Below are positions 12,028 to 26,220 of a DNA stretch of 64,000 nucleotides, in pieces. The position numbers and the translations under genes were made by a program. Every line of letters begins with the position of its first letter. Within the stretch, counting starts at the first letter, position 1. This stretch comes from Eledone cirrhosa (taxonomy: Eukaryota): contig CAXHJY010000830.1 in NCBI GenBank assembly GCA_964016885.1, forward strand, positions 196,844 through 260,843, read 5' to 3'. The notes beneath the pieces are model-generated. The model was not told the DNA's origin, searched no databases, and saw only the letters and a program-made list of their open reading frames with translations.

Positions 12028-14779
12028 TTGTTGTCCTTAAATGCTCGTAGTTTATGCAACAAGATACATCTGTTTAACTCCTATGTCAGAAGCATCGACC
12101 CTGACTTCATCACAGTCACGGAGACATGGGCACATTCCTTACTCTGTGATGGGGTTTTCAGCATTACTGGCTACAACCTTTTCCGCAAGGACAGCATTAA
12201 TCGCCGTGGTGGTGGTGTGATGGTCTACGTTCATTCAAACTTTTCGGTAATTCCTTGCGTTGATTTGAACGAATCACAAGCAGAAGTTTTTTTTGTGACA
12301 TACGTGTGACCATGTCAACACATCTGCTTGGTGTTGTTTATCACCCCCCCAAACTACCATCAGGACACACAGCTTTGCGATATCCTCAGAGCTGCTGCCA
12401 GGAAAACAGCTACTTTAACAGTGTTTATTGCAGGTGACTTAAATCATCCTGAGATCGATTGGGAAACCTTTTGTTGGCCACAAAGTGCAAACGATTTCCT
12501 TGAGCTAGTGCTGGACTCAAACTGGTCACAAGTAGTCACCTCTCTAACAAGAGGTGACAACACTTTGGACCTGATCTTCACCACTACTCCTGAAGTGGTT
12601 ATCAGTTGTACTACTGAGGAACCTCTAGGCGACTCTGATCATGCTATGATCATTGCTAATCTGGCTCTTGCGGGCAGCAACAAAAACCAGAACCATCTCC
12701 AATCTGCTTGCTTTGATTGGAAGAAAGCAGATTGGAACTTGTACTGCACTGAATTACAGTACCCAAACTGGCATGAGTTCTATAACTCTGGAGATGTGAA
12801 CACTATACTCCAGATCATCCTGGACTCAATATGGATAGCGTGTGCAGCATCGGTGCCACGTACGCAGAAAAAACACCACCCCAAAAGTGCAATTTGGGAA
12901 ACTTCAGCGGTCCGACTTGCCAGGAAAAAACGTCAGAACGCTGAACGGGAATATAAACTGCATAAATCAGATGCCAACAGAAAAAAGCGGAATAAATCTT
13001 CCAACCATCTCAAGCAAGTGACAAAAAAGGCAGTGCTTGAATTTGAACAGTGCATAGCAACCAATCCTGACAGTAAGGTGTTCTGGAAATATGTTCATTC
13101 AAAGCAGAGACCTCACTCTCTAGTTGGTCCTCTTCGCAATCCCCACACAAGCCATATCACTGACGATCCCAAAGAATGCGCAGAACTCATTGCTGAGTGC
13201 TATGCAAGCATTTTTACTGTTGAAAACCAGAATGTACCATCTCCACCATCTCTAACATCAAATTCCATAACAACTATGGAATTTACACCTGCAATGTTGC
13301 GACGTCACCTTAAGAATAAGCGCAACTATGCCTCCCCTGGTCTTGATGGTGTTACATACCTGCTTCTCAAACGTGGCAGGTGCTTCCTTTTGCACCAGCT
13401 TTCTTTCTTCTTTCAATACTGTCTCAACAATGGTGCTACTCCGGAGCAGTGGAAAGCTGCCAGTGTCATTCCCCTGTTCAAAAAGGGCGACCGCACGTCA
13501 CCTGTCAACTATCGTCCAGTCAGTCTAACTAGCTGTACTGCCAAACTGATGGAATCCTGTGTCAGAGAAACACTTTGGAACTGCTGGAGCTCTCACAGCC
13601 TCATCCGGCCCTCGCAGTTTGGATTTATCCATAACTCCAGCTTATCGAGTTCCTTGAAGACATTTCCCAGATCACTGACAGCGGCTCATGGGTGGATGTG
13701 TTTACCTTGACTTCGCTAAGGCTTTTCATTCTGTGCCACACACAAAAGACTTATGGCAAAACTCTCTGCAATGGGTGTGAGGGATGATCTTTTTTAACTG
13801 GTTGAAATCCTTCATTCTCAGCCGAAAAGAGGTAGTCACGGTTCTAGGACAGCATTCTTCACCACATGAGATGTCATCTGGTGTACCACAGAGATCTGTT
13901 CTTGGTCCCCTTTTGTTTGTGGTATATATTAATGACATAGATACCAACTTAAAGAATGCCACGGTACTGAAATATGCAGATGACATCAAGCTGTACCTTG
14001 AGATAAAAAGGAAAGATCCTGAAATCTATAACTCTTTCCTACAATCAGACCTGGACACAATGTAGCAATGGATCACAGACTTGCAACTGAAGCTGGCTGT
14101 GGACAAGTGTACCACTATGCATTTTGGGAGGAAAAATCCAGCGTCCTCATAATCCCTCCACAACACTGATATCAAGAAGTCCTCTTGTGAACGTAACCTG
14201 GGCATTACTGTCAGCAACGATTTGCATTGGAAAAAGCATGTCTCTAAGATTGTTAAGAAGGCCGAGGGTGTCTTGGCATCACTCAGCAAGACCTATGTTA
14301 GCCGCTCTCCAGCCATCTATTTAAAGCTGTATACAGCTATGGTACGACCACACTTGGAATTCGCATCATCAGTCTGGAACCCCTATCTTGCCCAGAACAT
14401 TGACCTCCTGGAAACTGCTCAGAGACGTGCAATCAAGCGCATACCCTCCATCAGACACCTACCATACTCTGAACGCCTTGCTTCCCTGCGCATGGATACA
14501 TTGAAGCTCCGACATCTGGCAATGGACTTGGTAAACACCCACAAAGTTATTAACCGTCTCGCCAACAACAACCCTGATTTTGATCTCCATGTGTCTAACA
14601 CACGTGGACCTGCCTACAAAATCAGAAAAAAGCACAGCTCCCATGACTTTCAGAAACATTTTTTCGCGCTCAGAGTTGCTGAAGCATGGAACAAACTGCC
14701 TGCGTCAGTTGTTAGCTGCCGAGACACTGCATCCTTTAAAATCCTCATGCTTCCCGAAATTCGCCAAAACTACACCTGA
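12028..14779 (+). pseudogene. Disrupted ORF2 (endonuclease plus reverse transcriptase) of the CR1/L2-group LINE
   Basis: Collinear ORF pieces 12028-12309, 12328-13710, 13784-14065 and 14222-14779, separated by frameshifts and stops. Confidence 0.9.
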
Positions 14780-15569
14780 TGTACCCCTTCCATACACATA
14801 CACATGTGTATATCATGACTCATGCACTGTTCATTTTCCTGACGTTTGTACATTACCCTATGTACTATACATACACTTTTTGATGAGTTGTAGTGCACCT
14901 GAGCACTGTACACAATATTTTCATTATTATTATTATTATTATTATGATAATTCTAAAACTAAAGAAGTAGTGTTTGGCTCATTCTCTAGTGGTATTTGAT
15001 TGGAAAAAGATTTATTATGAATGCTATCAAACTAAGTTAGTCTATAAGATACAAATGTGACATTTAAAGTTTAATACATTGAATCCACCAGCCTGGTATT
15101 CCATTTCCAACCATGTCTGATTACATCCTGCCAACCCTGTATTCTGTTCTGCTGTGTACTTCTGTTTACTCTTGTTACTATACCATTTTCTGCTCAAATC
15201 AATGATCATATTACATATTTACTTTAAGTCCAAGTTCTTTAGTAAGGCATTGCTGTGATTTTTGTCAAGTTCATACATTTATTATCTTTTCTCTGGTTTA
15301 ATTAATAAATACAAAGTTTTCATTGATTTTCATGTGGATGGCCAGGGTAAGGGAACATAAATATGGCTTGTGGAAGAAGGGAATCATGGTTCAAAGAGTT
15401 ATAGGAATAAATTATTTGATTTTTGTATATAGTTTTAAATAAAGTATTATGAATATTATTTGAAGCCACATTTTCAACAAGGGCTCAGCTGGATTCGTTT
15501 TTACTCTGCCTTTTCTGGGCAATAACAACTTTATGAAGAATATTTTTACAGATATCCAAATAACTAGAG

Positions 15570-15706
15570 CAGTGGTTGCCAACTTGTGATTCATTAACCC
15601 GTAGTATCGGGATCCATCAACTTGTTAAGTAGACAAGCCTTTCATCCATGGAAGAACTATTTTAACTAAACAGAGTACTTGACAGTGAAAATGTGTGGAA
15701 CCACAG
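15570..15706. mobile_element. hAT (Charlie/Buster-like) MITE
   Basis: Termini CAGTGGTTGCCAAC...TGGAACCACAG; flanking 8-mers aactagag and gattagag (6/8 match) resemble a target-site duplication. Confidence 0.5.
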
Positions 15707-15869
15707 GATTAGAGCCCTCAAATATGATACATACATGAGAAATCAGTATTAAATAGGTCAATTTAAAATAATCATAAGTAATATTACATTTGTTCTAAAT
15801 ATATGTTATGAATTTTCTTCATTCGTTCCACAGAGAAACAGAAAATTTAAATCGTTGATATTACATATA

Positions 15870-16190
15870 TCATCATCATCATCATTACTGCCACCATTTT
15901 CAACTTCTGTTTTATAATGTCTGCAAGTTTTCTTTAAAGAAAATCATTTCTCAGTACAGTCATTTTATCTGTGAAGTCCATATTATGAGATTTGCTGACC
16001 TCACTGTCTTTGTTTTCCTCTACCATGAGTAACATCCACTGACAGCTAATAGCATTTTTCAGCCAACATTCATTGTCTATTTGCATCACGTGCCCATACA
16101 GGTGCAGTCATCTCTGTAGCAAATATTGGTCATTAATTTTAATATGCAGCCCATTTTCTTAGGTCACCAGTACTCTGCTATTCATAATAT
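15870..16190 (-). mobile_element. Old RTE 3' remnant
   Basis: (CAT)n tail at about 15870; minus strand encodes LHLYGHVMQ, matching the [11 protein letters not shown] motif. Confidence 0.5.
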
Positions 16191-18569
16191 TAAGACATAC
16201 ACTATTTCATTAAACATGGCTATTTCTATTTCAGCTTGCGATGAAGGCTATATGGACGAACTAAATGCACTTACATTGCATATGAACTGACTATATAGTA
16301 AAAAGTAAAAGCACCATGTCCTGACTGCCACAGTCCACTCAATGAACTATTATATGATAGCAGAGTTGGTAAAATGTAGGACAAAATGCCTTGTAGTATT
16401 TGATCCAACTCTCAAAACCCAAATTGAATGTACATTTCACCCTTTCAAGGTTGATAAAATAAGTACAAGCCTAAGGTGATGGATTCCAAAACGATTCCCA
16501 CTAGTTTATATTCTGGTGCTTTGTGTTCTCAGCTGAAATCAAATTGTGGCCTACTTGAGAAGTACTCATAATCTGTTACTCAGGTTAACACTATAACTTA
16601 GCATTTGGGTGACTTTAGCAGAGTCCATGGCAAGCATTCAATGCAGGTCTCATGTTTGAAGCTATCCACTTTCTGCCCTTTCACCTTTCACATGATCCAG
16701 AAAGGTTCACCAGCACTGCCACTCCCTCCTTGATGAAACATTTAAATAAGTGTCTAACCACATTTAAATGAATTCTATCCAGAATGTGAGTGAATGAGGA
16801 ACAATGAACAATATAGGCAGATTATCTGTAGTAACTGGTGACGCAGAAGTTTCATTTGATTCAATGATGTGTAATGTTATCACTCAAAGGAGGTCAAGTA
16901 CCAATGAGTTTAAAGAGCCACTAAGCACAAAAAAATAACATCGAAATAAATAAAATTTATATTTTATGTTAGGAAAAGAAGGCAGGATATACTTGAAAAC
17001 ACCTAGTCTCATAAAGGATATTAGGAAGTTATATATGGTATTGCAGCTCCTAATACATAGTAACACTAAGAAACATATCTATTACTCCTATTTATAAAAT
17101 AGGAAATATATTTAAATCAACACCACCATTGCCATCATCATCATTTTTACATCCACTTTTTTATACTGACATGGACTAGATGGGGCATTTTGAGGCAGTA
17201 TTTTACAGTTGCATCTCCTTTTCTTTATTAAATATATAACAATGGATTGTGTACAGAGATCATGTACACACGAACATATAAGTCTTTGTCATACGTATTA
17301 CAGAATCAATACTGACCAGATAGGGAAATATATCATTACAGAATTAAGAAAATATATTATCCCCCTCTCCTCCCAAAAAAATCAAACTGTTTTTCAATAG
17401 TAAATCAATGAAGATGATGAAAGATAATGAAATATAAAGAACATACCAATATTTTACAGTCAAAGGATTAAGCATAAAGAAAAATATAAGGAAACATTGT
17501 CACAAATGGTTAATGTCAATTCTATATTCCTATTTATCCTAGGTAATATCAGGCTTTTCAAAAATCTATTAAAGCTACAATGAATTTTCTTTAACATTAT
17601 AGAATCCTAAAGAAAATTATAAATAGATATTGATCACAGTAATTTGAGGAGTAATTAAAATGTTGGTGATGCATGTATGTTGTTTTTTTATATATTAGTT
17701 ATAGTTTCTAAACATTTCTCATTGTCTTCAAGAAACATTTATATGGTTACATTTTAATACTTCAAGAAAAATTCATAAATTGATAAAAAAATATATTTTT
17801 GTTTCATTTTTATTTTTTTGTCTGTAAATGTATGTACATTTTCCAATATTCTAATTGTACATTATATATTTCCCAAAAACAGAAGCCATCCATAAATTAT
17901 AGTCTGAACTGCCAAGATAACTATCATAAAACAAAAACAATATCAAACCTGTAACAGATTAATTCAGTTGAATGCACAACATTTACAGCTCAATGCCTTA
18001 ATTTGTAGGCTATTATAAATATGCAAGATATAAATGAATTTTCTAAGTAAAATAATTAATTCGCATTTGAGTTTCTGTTTATTGTTCTGAAAAGAAACTA
18101 TTACAGAATCTTGAAATGTAATATGGCAGGCACAAAAAGTCGAAATAGGAGTGGAACAAAAAGGAATATTCATAAACGATTTTCAAAATCTTTTGTCAAA
18201 AGTCATCTTGGCAAACCACTTGCTGAATGAATTGCATTCACATACATCAGTATGCCAAACAAAAATCAAAAGATACTAAATCAACACAAGAAATAAAGAG
18301 TAAAAAACAAAAAGAAGCAGCAGGAGTTATTTCAAACACTGAATGAGTCTAAAATTTTATATTCTAAATTATTTCATTTTGACTATTTTCCTTCAAATGA
18401 ATGCCAAAATATTTATTTAAATATATTAAAATAAATACATACTGGAATTGTATAGAGTTCATTGTATAATAAATTAGGGTGTATCCAGTAATATAAAATT
18501 AGACAAAGGATTAAATGTTTTTGTATTTGTTTTGCAAGACTTTTGATGTGAAATCATGTGTTGAAACAG

Positions 18570-19324
18570 ATATTGTTATAGTTCAGGAAGGTGTTGCTGC
18601 TGATAAAAACTCACTCACCACTAGAATTTCGCTTCACTTCATTATTAGTTGAATAAATAATCCATTCATTGGTTAGATTAGTAATTCAGTGGTTGTTTAA
18701 TTGTTTATTGTCAAAGCTCTTTTGTCACACAACTATTCGTGCTACTGTATGTCTCCTTTTCGTTGTTGTTTTACTCCATCTTGTCTTTTTGAGGTGTATA
18801 TCTTATCTGCACAAGTGCATTTGTTTGTCTCTGTGAGAGGATAAGATAAGGACAAACAAAAACAAATCGCATAGGATATACGGACAGACACACACAGGGA
18901 ATACAAAAAATAGAATAACTACATAGTGAAGACACACATATGCACAAAGACTTGGAGGAGGAACGAAACATAGACACACATACACACATATTTTAAACAC
19001 TGAAGTTTATAGGAGTAGCAACACATGGATACACAAATATGCACACACAAACGCACATGCATGCACAGACCAAATGCACACCTCAAAAAGACAAGATGGA
19101 CTAAAATAGAATAAAGGAAAAAAGGAGATTAACAAAAATAGTCTTTGAGGAGGGCAGAGGATGTTTGAGTAACGAAAGAGCATTGACAATAAACATGACA
19201 ATTAACTATTATCTGGATACTAAACAAATCGATGAATGGATTAGTTACTCAATTAATAATAAGCTGAAATGAAAGTGCATGTGTTTTTATTGGCTGCAAT
19301 GACCCTCCAAAAGTATAACAATAT
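18570..19324. repeat. Diverged inverted repeat pair of about 150 bp (possible old foldback/MITE)
   Basis: 18570-18722 is the reverse complement of 19175-19324 with shared blocks aaagagc.ttgacaataaaca, atgaatggatta.tta.tcaa.taataat and tataacaatat. Confidence 0.7.
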
Positions 19325-20036
19325 ATACAAAATGTTATCTGTTCAGCTTTTTATATCATCCCAATACAATCTCTAGTTCAATTCTTAGTTCTTAACATAC
19401 AGAATGTTTCCTTAAAACAGCAAATTGGCAGAGTTGTTAGGGTGCCAGGCTGAATGCTACAGTATATTTTTTGGTTCATTGTACACTGAATTCAAATTTG
19501 ACTGAGGTCAATTTTGCCTTTCATTCTTTCTAGGTCAATAAAAAGTACCAGTACAAGAATAGTGGTTTGGTGGAATTGTTAATGAATCAGTATGTGATTT
19601 AGCTCTGCACATTCTGAGTTCAAGCCTGCAACTGGAAGATAGTATTAGCAATGGAAAAATCAATGTAAACATTATTTCTTTAGTACAAACTGACAATCAG
19701 TTCTTTTCTTCGATTTTTCTTTAAATTCTTAATAGTTTGACTTTTCAATAGAAATAGCAATGATACATAAAACCTTAATTATCTATATGGTTCATTTGAT
19801 TAAAATAAAACAGGAAGGAATTTTCTTTTTCCATGATGCAATGCTTCTCTTATACAGGTAGGTGTCTATCTGTTTCTAAAGCTAGGTGAAAAGCCAATGT
19901 GTTCTGCCCATAAATAGGATTTATACTAGCAGTTCAGTATTTTATTCAGTTAGTTATTTCTCAACAATTAACAATTAAACAACTCCACTAATTTTTTTTT
20001 TTCTGTGTAGCATAACTTTTATTTAGTGAAACTGAT

Positions 20037-20200
20037 GCAGGCAATTTTGTGTGGTTAAGAGGTTTGTTTTGTAACAATGTGGATTGTAATTCAGTATCAC
20101 GTGGTTCCTTGAGCAAGAGTCTCCACCTATAGCCTAGGGCTTATCAATGCCATGAGAATGATATTTGGTTGATAGAAACTGAGTGAAAGCCTACCATGTA
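20037..20200 (+). mobile_element. Decayed SINE (family S3), interrupted by the mariner
   Basis: gtgtggttaagaggtttg...ccttgagcaagagtc...gatagaaactg..gaaagcc, homologous to 33455-33730. Confidence 0.5.
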
Positions 20201-21088
20201 CGAGGTGGTATCAAAAAGTTTCCAACCTAGTTCTGTAGGCTGCCAACAACAGATGGCAACACACAGCTGCATGCACAGTGAGAGCTAGCTGTGACCTTCA
20301 TGTGCCAGAGTTCCTAGTGACATTACTGTGTTCACTTCACAAGTTGTGAAATTTATGTTTTTGTGACCACAGCTATGTCGTAGCCTGCAATATTGTCATA
20401 AACAGGAAGTTGGAACAAGGAGCCAATGTGAAATGTTGCATTCAACTTGGGAACTCGGCTAAAGAGACATTGAGCATGCTTCGGCAAGCTTACAGCAATG
20501 GGGCAATGGGTTGTACACAATGTTTTGAGTTGCATGGGCACTTTAAAAGTGGAAGAATGTCCCTGGAAGATGATGAGTGATCTGGAAGACCTGCCACATG
20601 CGTCAGCCCCAAAAATGTGGATAATTTATCCCCATGGCCAGACAGTCAATCGAGAGTTCTACTGCAACGTTTTGAGGTGTTTGAGGGAGGACGTTCAGCA
20701 AAAGTGACCAGAGCACAAAGAATTAGATTCTTTATGATAACAATGCACCCTGTCACTGAGCTCTCCTCACTTGTGTGTTTCTTGCTCAAAACAACATTGT
20801 ATCACTTCCGCACCCACCCTATTTGCCACATTTAGCACATGTAGACTTCCATCTCTTCTCCAAGCTGAAAATGCAGCTCAAAGGTCATCGTTTTAACACC
20901 ATTGCCAAGATCTAGAGTGAATCACAGAAGGTCCTCAACTCACTTATGGAAAACGACTTCCACACCTGATTCCAAAAGTGGCAGGAACTCTGGGACTAGT
21001 GTATTGCCGCACAAGGTGACTATTTTGAAGGTAAATATATATATTTTTTTTAACATAACTAGTCCGGGAACTTTTTGATACCACCTTG
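20201..21088 (+). mobile_element. Internally deleted mariner DNA transposon
   Basis: TA at 20199-20200 and 21089-21090; TIRs CGAGGTGGTATCAAAAAGTT and AACTTTTTGATACCACCTTG; transposase remnants SAKETLSMLRQAYS, FKSGRMSLEDDE*SGRP, GQTVNREFYCNVL, HPPYLPHLAHVDFHLF. Confidence 0.92.
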
Positions 21089-22785
21089 TATATGCATGTA
21101 AATGTATGTCTCTATGAGTCTCTTCAGGCTGAGATTTAAAAACAAGCAATGCTATTTTATTTTAAGCCTTGCATAAACAATATATTTAACAACTTATCAG
21201 TTTAGGTGCAATAAGTACCACACTTAGAAATAATATGTAGGCTTGCATCAGAAAGGGAATCTGGCTATAAATAAACCAATCTTTCAACACATTCCAGCAT
21301 AGAAAAACGGGTGTAATGATGATGATGAATGAAATATATAAACTTACATGTAACAATGACCTATTCATTGGGACAAACAATGTTACTGGGTCAAAATAGA
21401 ACTAGCAAGAAGTATTAAAAATATAAGCCAAAGATCACTATAAAGTATCCCTATAGAAATTGGATAAAGTATTTTTTTACATAGTTATGTTTCTAATTAT
21501 TTCATTGTGTAAGAGCTAAGCTAATTCCTTGTAGACATTCTCTTAGTATCAAAGAATTAAATAAATATTTGTTTTGGGGTTTCTGTGCTACCAAGAAAAT
21601 GTATTGTATTAAGTATGGTCAGAATACAATGTTTCCTCCAAAAGCATTTGATAAAAAAAATTGAATGCTTATTGTGGTAAATATGCCATAGATAAAAACA
21701 ATGGTTCAAGTATAATCAACAAATATTTTTTTTAAATTACAGAAAAAAATGAAATGGAAAGCAAATTATGATAAACTGATTGTATTGAAACTAGAGTTAA
21801 TTCTAAATGTCATTACCAAATGATTGCTTATATATTGATGTTCTTATTCGAACAAATAATTCTTTCATTATATATTGCATTGTTGTTAAAAACTGAATTC
21901 ATAACAAAAGAAAAGAAGAAAGTAAAACATCCAATTCCTTACTAAATTATCTTTAAAAAATAAACTTAAAACATCATCATCATAGAAAAACATCAGCATG
22001 TTTAGATTGGCGCAATACACATACAAACTTTTAATGAACTCATTAAATACTGAAAATAGATATGCTTTCCTATTGTCAAATATCTATACTAAAAGTGAAG
22101 TGTTATTGATCTGTGACTTGAACAGATGAGCAATCTGTGACTTGCACAGATGTGCAATCTCTGACAAGATTTCATTTACTATACATTCTGTATTTCTAAC
22201 TGACAGTACTTCACATTTAAGTAACCATCCCATATATCTGCAGTATCAAAAATCTGTTTGTGTATGTGTGTGTATATATAAAAGTGCATCTGTGTGTGTG
22301 TATGGATGTGTGTTACAGAGTGTACTAAATGCATTTTATTTTGGCACCAACCCTAGAAAGGCTGCCTTACAAATATTCAGAAATAGTATGCATGATATTG
22401 CAGGCTTTCAATAGTTAACTAGAATCAGTTTTATGTTTGAGTTATTTCATACTAGATGTAGAAATGGTAGAGTATCAGATGATATTTCTTTCTAGTTTGT
22501 TAATTGATAAAAGATGTTATCAAAATACATTTAGCAGCTTAAAGCAAATTTGACACTCAAATAGAAAAGTATGGCTTCTCTAATATAAACATAAGCACAT
22601 AATTTCCTTCTTTGGAGCAACGTTTTCATGGAACTCATCACACTTACAGTGTTGTTACAACTGAGAATTATATCTTTTAAACCATTTTTTAGATGCTTAA
22701 AACGTGTCAAATTTCAAGTTTTCTTTTTCAAATATTCATCAAGTCATTTTCAAAATATTAATTATAAGGCTGAATGCAAAGTATT

Positions 22786-22787
<2 letters not shown>

Positions 22788-22831
<44 letters not shown>

Positions 22832-22854
22832 GAGAGAGAGATGAGAGAGAGAGA
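22788..22854. repeat. (GA)n microsatellite
   Basis: Direct reading of the sequence. Confidence 0.95.
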
Positions 22855-24382
22855 CGAAAGTTGAGAATGAGAGTATTATTATTATTATTCCCTTCAAAAG
22901 GCAATTCATTTGAACCAATTATTTGCATCTATGTATTTAGGTCATCTAATTAATGGTAATAGCCAGATTAAGAATATGAAATAAAGAATTTTCAATGTTT
23001 TTAACTAGACAGAGACACACACTTGAAGAAAAAATCTTTTCATCATATTGATTTGATAATACAATGCTAATACAATAATATAAAAGCAATGGAGACTATG
23101 GTTATTTTGTTTGTAATGGCAACATAAGTCTGGTGTATAGTTTAAGAAGAAAACAGGAAAAAAATTGTGGAAAAGTAAAAGTTATCCAAGGTTTCTAGCA
23201 TTAAAAGAAGAGTAAGCATTTGTTTCATTTCAAGTAAAGATATCCCAAGCAAAACCTAAAAATAGTTATCTACAATAATATTAAGGATTAGAAAATAATT
23301 TCACACACAGATAACTAAAATAAAGACATTACTTCATGTCACTATGGAAACAAATATGTTGCATCTTAAACTTTTTGTATAAATCATTGAAAACAGCTGT
23401 TAAACACTTTATGGAATGTGACAGAAATCCCAAATATTATCTCATTTGCATATATATGATATATATTTAGCACAAAATAACAAGATTATTTTTAAAGATA
23501 TTTTCTTTTCAATTTAACTTTTTTAATGCATTTTTGTTACAAACCCATACAATTTCTTACTGTGATATGTTGTTTAATTCCTTCAATTTCATATGTAGCA
23601 AAATGCTTCTACATCTGCTCTGCAGATTGAATGAGTTATGTAAAATTTTAATTTGTGAGATATTTTCATAGTAACTGAGTAATTATGAGATAACAACTAC
23701 TTCACAATAAAAGAATTCTAATATAGTTGATGAAATAAACCAAGAAATTTTAATTTATTAGAATTAGACAATTTTGGTAAAAAAAATAAAAAAAATAAAG
23801 AGCAGGGTGTGGTTGTAGATAAACATTAAGAAAACATAACTATCTATCAGATAAATAAAGGGTGGGGTAGAGAGTAAGATAATAGGAATGGAATTATATA
23901 ACTATCCAAAGTTAGTTTTCACAAATGAAATGAATTAAGTTTAGAATGAGCAAGTATTCTGCTTTCTTCTAAACATTGTATTCCTTATTCCTAGACTAAA
24001 TATTTTATTTCTTCAATATCTCATGATTATTGTATGTAATATCAATCTACTTTAAAAAAAAAAAACTGATGTGAGAGGCAACTAGAAGGTGTGGTTCCAG
24101 CAAGGACAACAAGCTGTAAAACATAACCTCAAAAAGCAACTGATTCCATCATGAATAGAAAGCTTGCCATGGGTCCATCAAGGCTAACCATTGCTTTAGC
24201 AGGGACATTGACATTAAAACACATAGTGTTAAGAAACTACATGGAACTTACCAAAGACAATCTGCTGGTTAAATAAATACCAGAATTCTTCACAATGGTG
24301 AGTATTTAGCCAGAAGAGAAATTTCACTCAAATACCAATTACTAAAACTACCATTGAAATATATAATATATCATATCATTAT

Positions 24383-24558
24383 TGGCAGTATCGGTAGAGG
24401 GTCGGACATGCTTTCCAGCATAGTTACGTCCCTTTACGATATGAGTTCAAATCCCGCCATGGTTAACTTTGCCTTTCAACCTTACAAGGTCAATAAAATA
24501 AAGTACCAGTAATGTACTGGGTAATTGCTGGTCCTGTGCCAAAAGTAGAAACAATTAT
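24383..24558 (+). mobile_element. S1 SINE copy
   Basis: Near-identical to 6041-6220. Confidence 0.88.
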
Positions 24559-24570
24559 ATAACATACACT

Positions 24571-24760
24571 GGCGGTGGATTGGCAGTATGAGTAGAGGGT
24601 CACACACCATGCTTTCCAGCATAGTTACGTCCCTTTACGGTCTGAGTTCAAATCAAGTTGAGGTTAACTTTACCTTTCATCCTTACGGGGTTGATAAAAT
24701 AAAGTACCTGTAATGCACTTGGTAATTGCTGGCCTTGTGCCAAAAAGTAGAAACAATTAT
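24571..24760 (+). mobile_element. Full-length S1 SINE inserted at the tail of the previous copy, with TSD
   Basis: Starts GGCGGTGGATTGGCAGTA; ataacatacact is duplicated at 24559-24570 and 24761-24772. Confidence 0.88.
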
Positions 24761-24990
24761 ATAACATACACTATTATTTTAAAATATCTTAATGATTTCC
24801 TTCCAAGATCATTAAAGAAACATTACAAGCAGCTTGCTTAATTATGTGGAAAATTGTACCCTAAGAAAATGAAATAATAGTTTATACACACACCTGTGTG
24901 TGTGTATGTGTATATATATATATATATCATCATCGGTTAACGTCCATATATATATATATATCATCATTATCGTTTATCGTCTATATATAT

Positions 24991-25021
<31 letters not shown>

Positions 25022-25074
25022 CACATACACACACGATTACATTATACCAGACCATTTGGAAATAAATTAAATAT

Positions 25075-25190
25075 AATTGTTTCTACTTTAGGCACAAGGC
25101 CAGCAATTACCCAGTGCATCACTGGTACTTTATTTTATCGACCCCGTAAGGATGAAAGGCAAAGTCAACCTCAGCGGGATTTGAACTCAG
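25075..25190 (-). mobile_element. 5'-truncated S1 SINE
   Basis: Reverse complement of the S1 3' half, from the B box to the tail. Confidence 0.85.
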
Positions 25191-26039
25191 AAATACTAAA
25201 TTAAGCTTATTTAGTCTAAAATCTGAAAATAGCCACAGTAATAATGAATGACAGTATTCTACTTTTCAAGAGACAAGCTTTGATTTCAAACTGAATTTTG
25301 TTCAATGAATATTTAATTTTTTTTTAAATAATAACCGTGAGCAACTTTACTAATCACCTACAGTTAAGACAGACATACTACACTACGACAACTACTAATC
25401 CTGGTGATTATTTAGATGATAACAACAATAGTAATTTTGGTAAGGAGCTAAGTAAGCCATTTGTTGTTGTTTTTAATTTGATTGCACTAACATTAGAAGT
25501 TTGAATGAAATTACAACTAAAAAGATATACAAAGTAAACAGATGATAAAGATGTTCTGATATTAAAGTAATAACTGCAGAGGGGAAAAAATGTAAAATTA
25601 GATTATATGGAACTTAAAAAGTCCTGCCTAATCAGCAGGTGACTGAAATAGGGGCAAATAGTGATGCTGGTAATGATACTGTTTTCAGTAAATATATATT
25701 TTATTAATGAATCAGAATAGCAAGCAGAGGTTATTGTAGATTACACATGCCCAAGATGCAGCACAGTGAAATTGAATGCATAGTCTCATAATTGTAAAAT
25801 GTGTTTTGTAACAATACAGCCAGGCCTGTGCACACATCAAGAAAATAGAGGCAAGTATAGCAAATATGACAACAAGTGCTCAGTTGATAACAGGAGCAGT
25901 TGTAATGTGGGAGAGTGTTTACATTATGGGAAAACTGAGAAAAATAAAAACAAATGGTAAATAAATCTACAAATAGAAGAAATGAAGCGAATTATCTTTA
26001 ATATGTATACAATGTGAAGAGGAAGGAAACAAGATATAA

Positions 26040-26220
26040 TCTATGTAATCAGTCAACCAGTTAGGAAGAGTAGCAAAATCTTACTCAAACCTCCTCTTAA
26101 AACCTTAAAGAAAAAGCATACTAGACGATGATGCCATAGGTAAATAAAAAAACAAAAATAATCAGGGTTAGAATGCCTTTGACAATAGGTCTGGCCGATC
26201 AAGGATAATTTGAGGTGAAA
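26040..26220 (-). repeat. Decayed interspersed repeat with an oppositely oriented relative at 32320-32520
   Basis: aatgcctttgacaataggtctg matches the reverse complement of agacctgttatcaaaggtattcc; gtagcaaaatctt matches that of aagatttggctgcta. Confidence 0.45.

Larger units (their letters stand above)
11263..14945 (+). mobile_element. Decayed CR1/L2-group LINE with partial ORF1, APE-RT ORF2 and (TTA)n tail
   Basis: APE motifs LNARSL, VTETW, GDLN, LDL, SDH; RT motifs NYRPVSLTS, SGVPQRSVLGPLLF, KYADD; C-terminal MVRPHLEFASSVWNP. Tail at 14923-14945. Starts directly after a (GAT)n tail of an older element. Confidence 0.92.

Noticed and set aside
24246-24280. Minus-strand microexon of 10 or 13 nt before GTAAGT
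   Set aside because: Weak pyrimidine tract, not frame-preserving, and expected by chance in AT-rich DNA.
25355-25380. Second AG|GT site (TAG|GTGATT) on the minus strand
   Set aside because: Poor pyrimidine tract and weak donor.
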